From a virus: a DNA stretch of 43,550 bases. The first letter of the stretch is position 1, and every line of letters starts with the position of its first letter. The position numbers and the translations under genes are program-made. Positions 6,412 to 15,644 of the stretch are shown piece by piece. Below the pieces are notes generated by a model, which ran no database searches, had not been told where the DNA came from, and worked only from the letters and a program-made list of their open reading frames with translations. The stretch spans positions 1 to 43,550 of the IMG/VR virus record IMGVR_UViG_3300017754_002612; one strand, written 5' to 3'.

Positions 6412-7044
6412 ATGGACAAATCTCAATCAATCGGCGCTCTCGCCACTGCCGTGCTCAAAGCGCGAACTTCATTCAAGCCTGCAATTAAGGACGCAAACAA
6501 CCCGTTTTTCAAAAGTAAGTACCTGACCCTCGAGGGATGCTATGAGGCCATCGATGTCGCCATGGCCGCCAATGGTCTGGTTGTGATTCAATCCACCGAT
6601 GTGGGGGATCATGGCCCGGTGCTGGTCAGTACTCTGATGCACACTTCTGGAGAATGGATCAGCGGAAGCTACCCACTCAAGCCGGTCAAGGATGACCCGC
6701 AGGGAATGGGCAGCGCCATGACGTACGCCCGCCGTTATGCGCTTATGGCAATGGTTGGCCTAGCTGCTGAAGACGACGACGGCAACGCAGCATCTCGGAA
6801 GGTTGCCAAGGTAGCCAGCGCTACTGGCGAAGTGGTTACTAAAATCCCTAAATGGTCGCCGGAACAACTCAAGGAAGTTGGTGGATATTTCGCTGAGGTC
6901 ATCAGGATTGGCGGGGAAACCGGAGAGGCTGAAGTTAAGAAGCTACGGGCTGATATGAAATACGACCAACCATCATCTGTTATTGACGCTGCGGCAGTGC
7001 TTGCCCGCAAGTGGCTTGACATTGAATCACAAGGAAACGGCTAA
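6412..7044 (+). CDS. erf: Erf-family single-strand annealing protein
   Basis: FFKSKYLTLEGCYEAI and GMGSAMTYARRYALMAMVGLAAEDDDGN match the ERF signature as I recall it from P22 Erf. ATG 6412 has AAGGAA upstream. Confidence 0.85.
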   Translation: MDKSQSIGALATAVLKARTSFKPAIKDANNPFFKSKYLTLEGCYEAIDVAMAANGLVVIQSTDVGDHGPVLVSTLMHTSGEWISGSYPLKPVKDDPQGMGSAMTYARRYALMAMVGLAAEDDDGNAASRKVAKVASATGEVVTKIPKWSPEQLKEVGGYFAEVIRIGGETGEAEVKKLRADMKYDQPSSVIDAAAVLARKWLDIESQGNG

Positions 7045-7454
7045 TGCCAACTCTCGCATCCTGTTCGATCATCGGACACCTTTACGAAGCTCCTAAGAAA
7101 ATCGGAACCGGGGAACGAACTGGGGCCTCTTTTCGGTTTTACACTACCGATCGCGTCAAGGGGGATGATGGGGAGTACGGTAAGCAATTCACTTCTCATT
7201 CAGGAGTTATTTGGGGCAAGGAAGCGGAATGGCTGATCCGTGACGGAAAGAAAGGGTCGTTGATCGCCTGCGCTGGAACCTTCCGTGTGCGCAAGTGGGA
7301 GAAGGACGGTAGGGCTGGGGCCGGTACTGACATTCAATGCCAGTCGGCTAAGATCCTGAACCGTGAGGAAGAGGATCAGGCCGAGAAGCCAGCGCCTGCC
7401 CGGGCGCGTCCGGTTGCCCCGGCTGCTGGCGGTGAAGACGAGCCACCCTTTTAG
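7044..7454 (+). CDS. ssb: Single-stranded DNA-binding protein
   Basis: An OB-fold-sized N-terminal region, a Pro/Ala-rich linker and the acidic tail GGEDEPPF typical of SSB C-termini. The gene directly follows erf. Confidence 0.8.
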   Translation: MPTLASCSIIGHLYEAPKKIGTGERTGASFRFYTTDRVKGDDGEYGKQFTSHSGVIWGKEAEWLIRDGKKGSLIACAGTFRVRKWEKDGRAGAGTDIQCQSAKILNREEEDQAEKPAPARARPVAPAAGGEDEPPF

Positions 7455-7510
7455 GGGGTGGCCATGTATAACTCTTATCGTCGCCAGTTGCGGCGGGAGG
7501 TGGCGTCATT

Positions 7511-7939
7511 ATGAATAAAAAAATTATCAAACGATTTGACGCGAAGAGAGATATTTTACTGCAAGTGTTTAAGTCCAAACATCCAAAGGACTACAAGGAA
7601 ATTGTTGTAGAACTTGTGAAGGCAATAACCAGTGATGATGATTATGATGAAGATGGGCTAAATCCGGACCCAGAAAGAATAACCGTCGTAGATCATGGCG
7701 ATTACCAGGGCTCTCTATTGTTTATTATAGCAGCAAAGGGGTATCAGCCTTCTAATTATTGGGCAACAGAATGTAATTATGGCTCATGTTCTGGGTGCGA
7801 TACGTTGCAATCTATTTGCAATTACGACGATTGTCAGCCATCAGATGAACAGGCAAATGATTATTTAACTTTGTCCTTACATTTGGCTCAAAAAATGACT
7901 AAGTTATTTGAAGACCAATCATCAAAAGAAGCCCCATGA
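7511..7939 (+). CDS. Acidic Cys-motif protein (142 aa), unknown function, low-GC gene
   Basis: GGGAGGTGG Shine-Dalgarno sequence. Contains SDDDYDEDG and ECNYGSCSGCDTLQSICNYDDC. Composition is visibly more AT-rich than the flanking genes. ATGA overlap with the next gene. Confidence 0.75.
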   Translation: MNKKIIKRFDAKRDILLQVFKSKHPKDYKEIVVELVKAITSDDDYDEDGLNPDPERITVVDHGDYQGSLLFIIAAKGYQPSNYWATECNYGSCSGCDTLQSICNYDDCQPSDEQANDYLTLSLHLAQKMTKLFEDQSSKEAP

Positions 7940-8301
7940 CCCTAACCCCCACCCAACTACAATCCTACGCCAACAACCAATCCCCGGTTCATGGGGAATT
8001 GGCGGAGGTGGCGCGGGATTCCATTAGGAAGAGCGAAGAGATAGCGATTTTAAGCAAGGCACTGGAAGCGCTCCAACGCCGCACTGCTCGTTACGATCAC
8101 GCCAAAGATCTAGGCCAAGCGGTTGATGGCGATGCTGCAATCATGTCGCGGCTGACGTTTGAACGCGACGCCGCCAAAGCCGCACTTGCCGAGACGGCTG
8201 CGCAACGGGATGCGGCGGTGAAGAGGGTTGCGGAGTTGGAGGCGGGGCATGGGAATGTTTTTCCGCGAAGGAATTTGGAGTGGGCACCATCCAGCAACTG
8301 A
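7936..8301 (+). CDS. Hypothetical protein (121 aa, helical)
   Basis: ORF coupled to the upstream gene. Confidence 0.65.
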   Translation: MTLTPTQLQSYANNQSPVHGELAEVARDSIRKSEEIAILSKALEALQRRTARYDHAKDLGQAVDGDAAIMSRLTFERDAAKAALAETAAQRDAAVKRVAELEAGHGNVFPRRNLEWAPSSN

Positions 8302-8485
8302 TTGCAGAGAAGTCTACTATGCAATGTGACTGCGAATAGGAATAGAATGCACCCCACTGACGACTTCGACCTAATCGCCGGACTGCGCGCGATATGGCTT
8401 TTCAGGCACTTTGATAGGCCTCGGGAGATTGTGCGGTTGTTGCTAAAACGCTTACGTAAACCATGATTCCACGAAAGGAAACCCC

Positions 8486-8776
8486 GTGGCCACTACTGTC
8501 TCAGAAAAACTCTCCCTGTTCATCGACGCCTTGCTCTTGCAGGGCGGACCGAAGCATTTTTCCATTGACGGCGAGGAAGAAGTTGACGTAAGGCAGCTCT
8601 TCGACAAGGCCATCGGAATCATCAAGTTTAAGGAGGAGCAGCAGGTGCAGCTGCTTCAGAAAGTTTCCGCTCCTTCATCGCCTGCTTCACCTGCAAAAGC
8701 TGCTTCATCAAAGCCTGAATCTCAGGGTCTTTCGACTGCTGATAAAAAGACTGGTACGACTGCACATCAGGGCTAG
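8486..8776 (+). CDS. Hypothetical protein (96 aa), doubtful 3' part
   Basis: GTG start with AAAGGAA 6 nt upstream. The first roughly 47 aa look protein-like. The last 149 nt run antisense to the end of 8628..11939 and encode low-complexity S/P/A sequence. Confidence 0.35.
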   Translation: MATTVSEKLSLFIDALLLQGGPKHFSIDGEEEVDVRQLFDKAIGIIKFKEEQQVQLLQKVSAPSSPASPAKAASSKPESQGLSTADKKTGTTAHQG

Positions 8777-11700
8777 CAGCTAGGTAGTCGCTCAGGAGCT
8801 GACGCAACGCAGCTTGTTCATCTACGGTCTTCACCTTGGCCCCGGTTAGGGTGTTCAAGAGTGAAGCGCCGGTGGATTCATCGGGCGAGAAGAGGCTAGA
8901 AAGCGTGCTGATGGGGGAGGCGATGGGCTGAATGACCCCGGTCCCTGCCAGCATGTTGTACAGGGCCGCAGCATCAGACCGTTCATCAGCCCCCAACGCC
9001 TGGGCAATGCCCGGAGCCTTGTCGTAGGATCCCCACTTGGTTCCGAAGTAGGGATCCTCTCCGGTAAATACCGAGTATACGGTCTTTAGTGCAGGGTTGG
9101 CGGAACCAACAACGTTTTGCCGTAGCTGACGGCCAAGCTGCCCTATATCCACGCTGGGGTTAGGCAGGGACGAGAGCACTTCAATGGGCAGGCCAAGGCT
9201 GGTCAGGTACGTGGGATTACCATTAGGTGCATCCCCTAGCGGAATAGCCACCTGCTTCTGAAGCCATGGCGGTAGGGGATTCTCGCCAGCATCGTCCTGC
9301 GTGAAGAGCGGACGCGTTGCCGGGATCAGGAACGGGTTGTCTTTCATGGCCTTGACAACTTGCGGAACTGCCTTAGCCGTGAACTGGAAGAATGGGATAA
9401 TGTCACGCGCCCGACGATTGGCTACGCTGTTGTAGGCGTAATCGTAGAAGGTATCGCTGACCACCTGAGCTGCCTGCTTGGGGTCCATGCCGCTCTTCAA
9501 TAGCCCATCGAATACCGAGAAGCGCATACGCATTTCGGCACCCTGTGCGATCTTGGCAGGCCAATCGCGTAGATCGGCATAGATCTTTCTCCAGCCACTC
9601 TTGGCAATCTCCTTAGAGAGGAGTTCGGAATCAGCAAACGTATTGGCAATAACGCCATGCCGCAGGGCTTCCTGCATAGATCCAGGCGGCAGCGCATTGA
9701 TGGCGTTATCCAGGCTGCCATTGGCTCCTTTGATGGCCGTATTCAATTGTTTAAAGATGTCCTCACTGGCGATGCGTCTGCCCAGGATGTGGTTGATGCC
9801 GTCATTAACGGAGCCCCAAAGCATATCCGCCGATTCCCGTGCATACTTCGGCCACTGTGCGCGGGCGGCTGGATTGGACAGCACCTGGAACATGCCGCCA
9901 ACGATGTTTCTGGTATTGAAATTGATGCGCGGGATAAATGCGCCAGCCGTAGCAAACGGCTTGAACTTGTTGTTGACCATGGCCAAAGCCTGTTCAAAGC
10001 CTCCGCGACCTGGCAGGCCAGACCATGCACGGGCCAGCGCATCGGCTGATGCACGGTCTGTCAGGGCAATTTCATCAATGATCTTGGGGATGGCGTCCTT
10101 CAAGGCTGGACCATTTTCCATACCAAAGAGCGATGCCCCCTTAGCGTCTAGTGCGGCACGTTCAGCGGGAGTCAGTCCGACCAATTCCAGACGTTCCTTG
10201 GCATCCATCTGGGTCCACTTCTCAATGGACTTGCCAGCATTGGCCAGCTTCTCTTCCGCAGAGGCGATGAAGGGGCCAGAAAGCACCTTGGCAAACTCGG
10301 CCTTACCAAGAAGTCCGGCCTGCTGCTGTGCGTACTTGCCCTCAACCTTGGCAATGTCGTACTCTGGAGTCTTGCCACTGGCCTTGATGGCTGCCATGTA
10401 GGCTTCCTCAGTGGGGTACTGACGCGCCATGGCAGTGCTTAGGCTACCGCTACCACTTTGGGCGAAGATCTTTCCGAGATCATCTTCTTCCTTGAGCATG
10501 CGCGGCATGTAGTCGGCAAAGGACTTGGCCGCCGATTCGCCAGGGCCAACGCTCATAACACCGCGCCGGATGCGCTCCTGCCACTGCTGATGCTTCAGGT
10601 CAACGTACTTGGGGATGGCTTCCTTGAGGCGTGCAGCCTGTTCCGGAGGAAGGCCCGATGCGTCCACCCTGGCCAGAATGCCATTGATAACCTGATCCCG
10701 TTCCCCGCGATTAGTGAACAGGGCTTTCTCCAGATCGTCAGGTGCCACACGTACCATTTCCGGTACGGTCTTGGACATGCCGCTGGTGAATGCTGCCGCT
10801 TCGCCTGGGTTCTTGACTAAATCCACGCCTTCACGGGCGGCACGGGGGATGCCAGTGGCACCAAGCATTCCAGCTACGGCGTCGGGGGTAGATCCCGGGG
10901 TAGATACGGTTTCAGCGTTGCGCTTGAAGAGGGTGGCAAAGTCTTCAGGGACGTTGACGGCACCTTTGACAACCGGGCCAATGGGAGTCGATCCCTTGAT
11001 GCGAGGGATCGGCAGGTCAGTCAGGAATGGATCATTGGCGATGTCCACGCCGCTGGAGAACTTGCCCTCAATGGGCCGCACGGCGTACTGTGTGGGGTCG
11101 GCGGCAGCGCCCTTCTGTGGTGCGCGTCCCAGCATCTGATCCAGGTCGGACAGCTCCTCAACGCGGGTTGGCTTGGTTACGCCCTTGTACACGTCCTCAG
11201 CAAGCGGCACCGACCCCGGCGATTGATAGGGCTCCAGGCGCTCCAGTACCTTTTGCGTCTGGACAGCACGGGCTGTATTGGGCACCGATGGCACCAATAC
11301 CCGCTCGCCATCCTGCGACACGTTCCGCATGATCTTACCGAAAGCCTCCAGGTCTTCTGGCGCTAGGCCAGACAGGGCTTCACGGGCACCGGCTGCGGCC
11401 ACTTCGCCAGCGGTTGACGAAGTGTTGTTGAGTGCATCAATGGCGTCACGGGCAACTGGGCTCAACTTCTCAGCGCCAGCGAGACGCTTGACAAAAGCAG
11501 AGGTGGAATCAATTCCGCTGTCCATCTTAGCTAGTGCTTCAGCGCCTTTCGGGATCTTACTGATACCCGTACGCGCACTAGATGCGGCAGCTTTGAGCGG
11601 GGTCGTGAATAGGCCGGTGCCGACGTAGGTCAGCGGATCAGTGGCGATACCACCAAGGATGTCAACGCCCGTTTTGAGTAGGCCGGGGTCCATCTTGGGA

Positions 11701-11939
11701 GCGCCCCACTTCGCCAGCATGTCGCTGAACTCTGGGCTATCTTCTTGCTGGCTGAGTTCGGGGATCAGGTCGCCGGGGAGGAATGCATCTACCGTATCGC
11801 CAACCAAGTCAGCCCCCTGACGTAACGCGCCACCGAGATTACCAGTGGCGATATTACGTACAGAGTAGGCCGGACGACCAAGATACCTTAAAACTTCTTC
11901 AAAGGCGCTTGGCTGATCGAGGTCTAGTGCATTGGGCAT
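8628..11939 (-). CDS. Large internal virion / DNA-ejection protein candidate (1103 aa)
   Basis: Longest ORF and last gene of the late operon, in the position of T7 gp16. No lysozyme or transglycosylase motif recognised. Confidence 0.5.
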   Translation of the reverse strand: MPNALDLDQPSAFEEVLRYLGRPAYSVRNIATGNLGGALRQGADLVGDTVDAFLPGDLIPELSQQEDSPEFSDMLAKWGAPKMDPGLLKTGVDILGGIATDPLTYVGTGLFTTPLKAAASSARTGISKIPKGAEALAKMDSGIDSTSAFVKRLAGAEKLSPVARDAIDALNNTSSTAGEVAAAGAREALSGLAPEDLEAFGKIMRNVSQDGERVLVPSVPNTARAVQTQKVLERLEPYQSPGSVPLAEDVYKGVTKPTRVEELSDLDQMLGRAPQKGAAADPTQYAVRPIEGKFSSGVDIANDPFLTDLPIPRIKGSTPIGPVVKGAVNVPEDFATLFKRNAETVSTPGSTPDAVAGMLGATGIPRAAREGVDLVKNPGEAAAFTSGMSKTVPEMVRVAPDDLEKALFTNRGERDQVINGILARVDASGLPPEQAARLKEAIPKYVDLKHQQWQERIRRGVMSVGPGESAAKSFADYMPRMLKEEDDLGKIFAQSGSGSLSTAMARQYPTEEAYMAAIKASGKTPEYDIAKVEGKYAQQQAGLLGKAEFAKVLSGPFIASAEEKLANAGKSIEKWTQMDAKERLELVGLTPAERAALDAKGASLFGMENGPALKDAIPKIIDEIALTDRASADALARAWSGLPGRGGFEQALAMVNNKFKPFATAGAFIPRINFNTRNIVGGMFQVLSNPAARAQWPKYARESADMLWGSVNDGINHILGRRIASEDIFKQLNTAIKGANGSLDNAINALPPGSMQEALRHGVIANTFADSELLSKEIAKSGWRKIYADLRDWPAKIAQGAEMRMRFSVFDGLLKSGMDPKQAAQVVSDTFYDYAYNSVANRRARDIIPFFQFTAKAVPQVVKAMKDNPFLIPATRPLFTQDDAGENPLPPWLQKQVAIPLGDAPNGNPTYLTSLGLPIEVLSSLPNPSVDIGQLGRQLRQNVVGSANPALKTVYSVFTGEDPYFGTKWGSYDKAPGIAQALGADERSDAAALYNMLAGTGVIQPIASPISTLSSLFSPDESTGASLLNTLTGAKVKTVDEQAALRQLLSDYLAASPDVQSYQSFYQQSKDPEIQALMKQLLQVKQAMKERKLSEAAAPAAPP

Positions 11940-11948
11940 GGCTATGTT

Positions 11949-13106
11949 TTATGGAAGCGTGTCGAAGAATGAAGGGCTTCTTGCGACTGATCCGGGAAGA
12001 CCAATGCCCATAACGGTTGCCTGCCGTGAAGCCTGTTTGAGCTTGGTGCGGAGAGCTGCTTTAGCCTGCTCCAGTTGCGCCTCATCCAGTCCGGTTTCCG
12101 CCAGAGCCTGGACGACATCCTGCCATGCGCTTTGGATGCTTGCCTTGTCAGCGTCAGAGAACGAGAAGTTTTGTTTCGCCACAAAGTTGACGAGTTCATC
12201 TACGACAGACGCAACCTGTGCAACAGCCGCAGCCGGTGACGCCTTGGCCGCATCAATGCGACTCGCCCGTGCATCCTGTGGGCTCGGCTGGCCGAAGGTA
12301 TCTGGCAATTGAACGCCTGCCAGTTGTGCCAGCCCCTGCATGCCAATGGCACGTGTTTGCGGATCCGGGCTCTGAGAGGCAGCACGGTAGAAAGCCTCCC
12401 GTCTGGCAAACGAGTCTCTCTGAGACTGCAAGGCCAGCGCAGCCGCTGCGTCCTCTTTCTTAGCGTTACGGTCACGCTCCCATTTCGCCTGCTCAATGGC
12501 AGTCTGGTCCGGCTTCAAGCCGATGGTGTCCCGCACGGTTTCTTGAACGAGCTTCTGATCCAGAGGCTCAGGATCCTGTGGGAGATAGATTTCGTTGTTG
12601 AAGTAAGCGCGTTTAGCAGCCCCAGTAACGCCCCCCATTCTTTCCTTAAACTGCGCAATGCGCTCAGGGGAAGCCATGGTACCGTCAGGGTTTTTAAGGC
12701 TGCTTGAAATTTGATCCTCTAATTCGCTAAGATTTACAATGGATCGGCGTTCATCCGCCAGCTTCTGCTCCCTGGTCTTGGGCTTGCCAGGAACCAAGCC
12801 AGCTTCTTGCAGAATACGCTCACGCACCCGGTCAGCGGCAGACTTCTCCTCGCCAGCAACGACCGGGGCAGGCATCGGCTCAGGCTCTTGTTCAGCGCCC
12901 ATGCCACCGCCCATACCACCGCCCATGCCACCAACAGGCTGCGAGGCCAGTCGCTCATAGGATGCTCGGGCCGCTTCCTGATTCCGCTGCTGACGATCCG
13001 CCAACTCTTTACGGAATAGGAAGTCGCGCATGCGCTCTGCCGCAGCTTCCTGCTCAGTCTGTCGATCGCTAACGCCGCCATTGGGGTCAAAGGTAGTCCA
13101 CGGCAT
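11949..13106 (-). CDS. Internal virion protein candidate (385 aa)
   Basis: Charged helical protein with a GGMGGGMGGGMG tract; gp15-like position. Confidence 0.45.
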   Translation of the reverse strand: MPWTTFDPNGGVSDRQTEQEAAAERMRDFLFRKELADRQQRNQEAARASYERLASQPVGGMGGGMGGGMGAEQEPEPMPAPVVAGEEKSAADRVRERILQEAGLVPGKPKTREQKLADERRSIVNLSELEDQISSSLKNPDGTMASPERIAQFKERMGGVTGAAKRAYFNNEIYLPQDPEPLDQKLVQETVRDTIGLKPDQTAIEQAKWERDRNAKKEDAAAALALQSQRDSFARREAFYRAASQSPDPQTRAIGMQGLAQLAGVQLPDTFGQPSPQDARASRIDAAKASPAAAVAQVASVVDELVNFVAKQNFSFSDADKASIQSAWQDVVQALAETGLDEAQLEQAKAALRTKLKQASRQATVMGIGLPGSVARSPSFFDTLP

Positions 13107-13108
13107 GA

Positions 13109-13891
13109 TTAAAATTCCCAGGGCTTTTTAGGCTTCTTGGTGCTGTTAAGGAATTGCTGATATGCGTCGCCAGAGTTTAACGCGCCAAGCTGATAGCCGG
13201 GCTTGGTCGCCTGCGTGGCATTGATGGCAGCTTGAGCGCCAGCCGATCCGGTGGCACCATTGACGTTCGCGGTAGGGCGGGCAGTGACAGGCTTAGATAG
13301 CTGCTGATTGGTGGCATTGGTGGCCTGGAGGCGCTGGCTATTTAGCCCGCTCTGGTAGCCAATTGCCTGCCCAGTCGCGCCCTGGGTCATGTTCGCAGCC
13401 CCTAACTTGGCATTCAGGGCAGCTTTCTGAGCATCCTGCTGACGCTGCCCCATGTTCTGATTCATGGCAGCCTGTGCAGCCGGATCATTCATGGACATGC
13501 CACGGCGACCCATCTGCTCTTGTAGCTGCTGGCCACGGGCGGTTTCGGATGCCGCCGCCATGTCCGCACCCTGCGTGAACAGGGCATTCTCATAGCCAGG
13601 GCCAGACGTATTGCGGATATTGTCCAGGATCAGCTTATCAATATCAGAGGTGCCCAGGCTCCCCTGCATCTGCTGGGAGTTCTCAAGCGCAGCCTGCTGA
13701 TTGGCCTGCATCTGGTTATAGGCTTGCAGGTTGTTGGCGTTTGCCCAATAGCCCTGATTGAAATTGGCCTGATCCGATCCTGCTGGAGGTACGTAGTTTT
13801 CAGTAAAAGCCGCATTCAATTCACGGTTAAATCCGCCGCCGCTATTGCGGTTGCGGGTAAAGAACGGGTCGTCTTTCCAGTTGCGTGCCAT
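13109..13891 (-). CDS. Q/N-rich internal virion protein candidate (260 aa)
   Basis: Strongly Q/N/A/M-rich low-complexity sequence; gp14-like position. Confidence 0.45.
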   Translation of the reverse strand: MARNWKDDPFFTRNRNSGGGFNRELNAAFTENYVPPAGSDQANFNQGYWANANNLQAYNQMQANQQAALENSQQMQGSLGTSDIDKLILDNIRNTSGPGYENALFTQGADMAAASETARGQQLQEQMGRRGMSMNDPAAQAAMNQNMGQRQQDAQKAALNAKLGAANMTQGATGQAIGYQSGLNSQRLQATNATNQQLSKPVTARPTANVNGATGSAGAQAAINATQATKPGYQLGALNSGDAYQQFLNSTKKPKKPWEF

Positions 13892-13903
13892 GATGGTTGT
13901 ATC

Positions 13904-14560
13904 CTATGTCAATGGTTTAGTTGGGGAAGCGGTTTGATGCTCTGGCCATTTGTCTTCAGGACACTTACGCCATGGACTCATGGATGCTTCGCGCATGGTG
14001 GAGGAGCATCCACAAGTGCCGCATTTGTCGGATATTGGCTGGTACTTAGGGCAAGACTTACAGATGGCATGCCGCTTATCTGATTGTTCGGATGGCACCA
14101 ATTTAAGGCCATCGCGCTTAATGCTGGCAACCCGGCCCTCTTTTATGTTAGCCATGTGATGGCAAAGTAGAGCGCTGGTATCAACAGGAGTAACCAAATG
14201 ACGTAATGGCCGTAGGGCATCGGCATCAAACCGCACGCGCTCCATTTCTTGTCGCCAGGATTTTAGCGTATTCAGTGATCTTTCGCACGGGCTTACTGAA
14301 ATATAGTATGTGTCGTATCCGCGACCTACAAAAATATGTCCTTCCGGAGCCACGAATGAGTCGATTATTCCATGAATTTCAGTATCCGCGTCAACCCACG
14401 TGGCATGTACTCCCGACTCACAATATTCAATGAGTGAGTCTATTTTATCAGAATATGCAAATGATTCTACCCTAATGGCTTTTACCGCTGCGTGTGAAGC
14501 TCTAAGGCCATCGGCATATGCCGAATAATTTTCTGTGTATTGTGTAAATAGAAAGGTCAT
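13904..14560 (-). CDS. Hypothetical protein with a C-terminal Cys-rich zinc-ribbon-like motif (218 aa), low-GC gene
   Basis: CKSCPKY(x8)CGTCGC(x14)CPEDKW. ATGA overlap with the upstream gene. AT-rich relative to its neighbours. Confidence 0.7.
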   Translation of the reverse strand: MTFLFTQYTENYSAYADGLRASHAAVKAIRVESFAYSDKIDSLIEYCESGVHATWVDADTEIHGIIDSFVAPEGHIFVGRGYDTYYISVSPCERSLNTLKSWRQEMERVRFDADALRPLRHLVTPVDTSALLCHHMANIKEGRVASIKRDGLKLVPSEQSDKRHAICKSCPKYQPISDKCGTCGCSSTMREASMSPWRKCPEDKWPEHQTASPTKPLT

Positions 14561-15366
14561 TTGTAGTATACCTGACCAACAATAACATTTGAATTTGTTA
14601 AATCAAAATCAAATCTACAATGTTTTGGAATGTTGGCAGCATTCGAAATGGTAAGCTCAGGATACACACCTGGAGTATACGATATACAATTACCGGAAAG
14701 TGCCTTTATAGCACCACCGGCGGTTGTTGATGAAGCAGGCGTTACAAAGGACCGGCAATTGAAAGTGCTTTCACTAAATGCAGCCTGCCAAATACTGCCA
14801 GACCCGCCTCCACAATAAAATGAATTTACACAACTAGCACATGGCGTACTAAATATAGCAGATGATATATAGTTATTTATTTCAGTTAGATTTGTTATCG
14901 ACCTTGAAAAAACATGGACATAAATTGAAAACGTTGTTCCGACTAACCCAGCCTCATAAAGACCGTAAACATCTACAAATATATCCAGGTCGCTTATACC
15001 TATGGACACAAACGGGCTTGAAGGCAAAACTGTAGTAAATGATGTAGGTAGCGATGATACGTAGTACATTGTCCCAGCAGCACAAATTCCATATGCAGGT
15101 GCTGCATAAGTCAAAACTCCTGCCGTCCCTGGGTAATACTTTGCAAATAAAAAATCTGAATCTGACGAAGGTGATGCGGTTAGTGTAAATCCGCAACTAA
15201 CAAATCCGTAGGCATAAGGTAATGAGGCACCTACATTTACCTTTAGGCGGCATGCCGAACTATCAGATGCTGTGCAACATGGAGCGCATCTGCTCTGAAC
15301 TGTAATGCTAGTGCCGCTTGGATTTTTCACACACGCATTTTGAATGCTCCCTGCAAAAGTTGGCAT
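14557..15366 (-). CDS. Cys-rich, S/T/G-rich, charge-poor protein (269 aa), low-GC gene
   Basis: Many cysteines (CAPCC, CASC, YCGGG), very few K/R/D/E residues, and a beta-strand-like composition. TAATG overlap with the upstream gene. Confidence 0.7.
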   Translation of the reverse strand: MPTFAGSIQNACVKNPSGTSITVQSRCAPCCTASDSSACRLKVNVGASLPYAYGFVSCGFTLTASPSSDSDFLFAKYYPGTAGVLTYAAPAYGICAAGTMYYVSSLPTSFTTVLPSSPFVSIGISDLDIFVDVYGLYEAGLVGTTFSIYVHVFSRSITNLTEINNYISSAIFSTPCASCVNSFYCGGGSGSIWQAAFSESTFNCRSFVTPASSTTAGGAIKALSGNCISYTPGVYPELTISNAANIPKHCRFDFDLTNSNVIVGQVYYK

Positions 15367-15644
15367 TAGTAAGGCCCTCTAGCTATAACATCAAGAGATT
15401 TTACTACGCCAGCAATGCAAACCTGAATTGTAACGATGCCAAATCCATCTGGGACACCGCCGCCGTCAACTCCTACGTTTGTGTTCTGGTTATTGGTGCT
15501 GGCAATAGTGGACTGATTAGACGCGCTATCACCCGTATTCACCAAAGAATCCAGAATAAGCTGATGCCGCTCCAAGTCACGGATGACAGCAGCCTGTCCT
15601 TCCTCTTTAGAAAGGTCCGCATTAGAAGAGAGGATGCCAGCCAT
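15366..15644 (-). CDS. Small virion-module protein (92 aa)
   Basis: ORF coupled on both sides, in the position of T7 gp13. Confidence 0.55.
   Translation of the reverse strand: MAGILSSNADLSKEEGQAAVIRDLERHQLILDSLVNTGDSASNQSTIASTNNQNTNVGVDGGGVPDGFGIVTIQVCIAGVVKSLDVIARGPY

Noticed and set aside
8347-8466. 39-aa plus-strand ORF (MHPTDDFDLIAGLRAIWLFRHFDRPREIVRLLLKRLRKP) in the gap before 8486
   Set aside because: It has no Shine-Dalgarno sequence and is very short. It cannot be separated from chance, so it is left unannotated, though it could be real.
9601-10401. 266-aa plus-strand ORF (and several neighbours) inside the 1103-aa gene
   Set aside because: These are antisense or off-frame ORFs with Ala/Ser/Arg/Pro-rich junk composition, nested in a continuous 3.3-kb minus-strand ORF.
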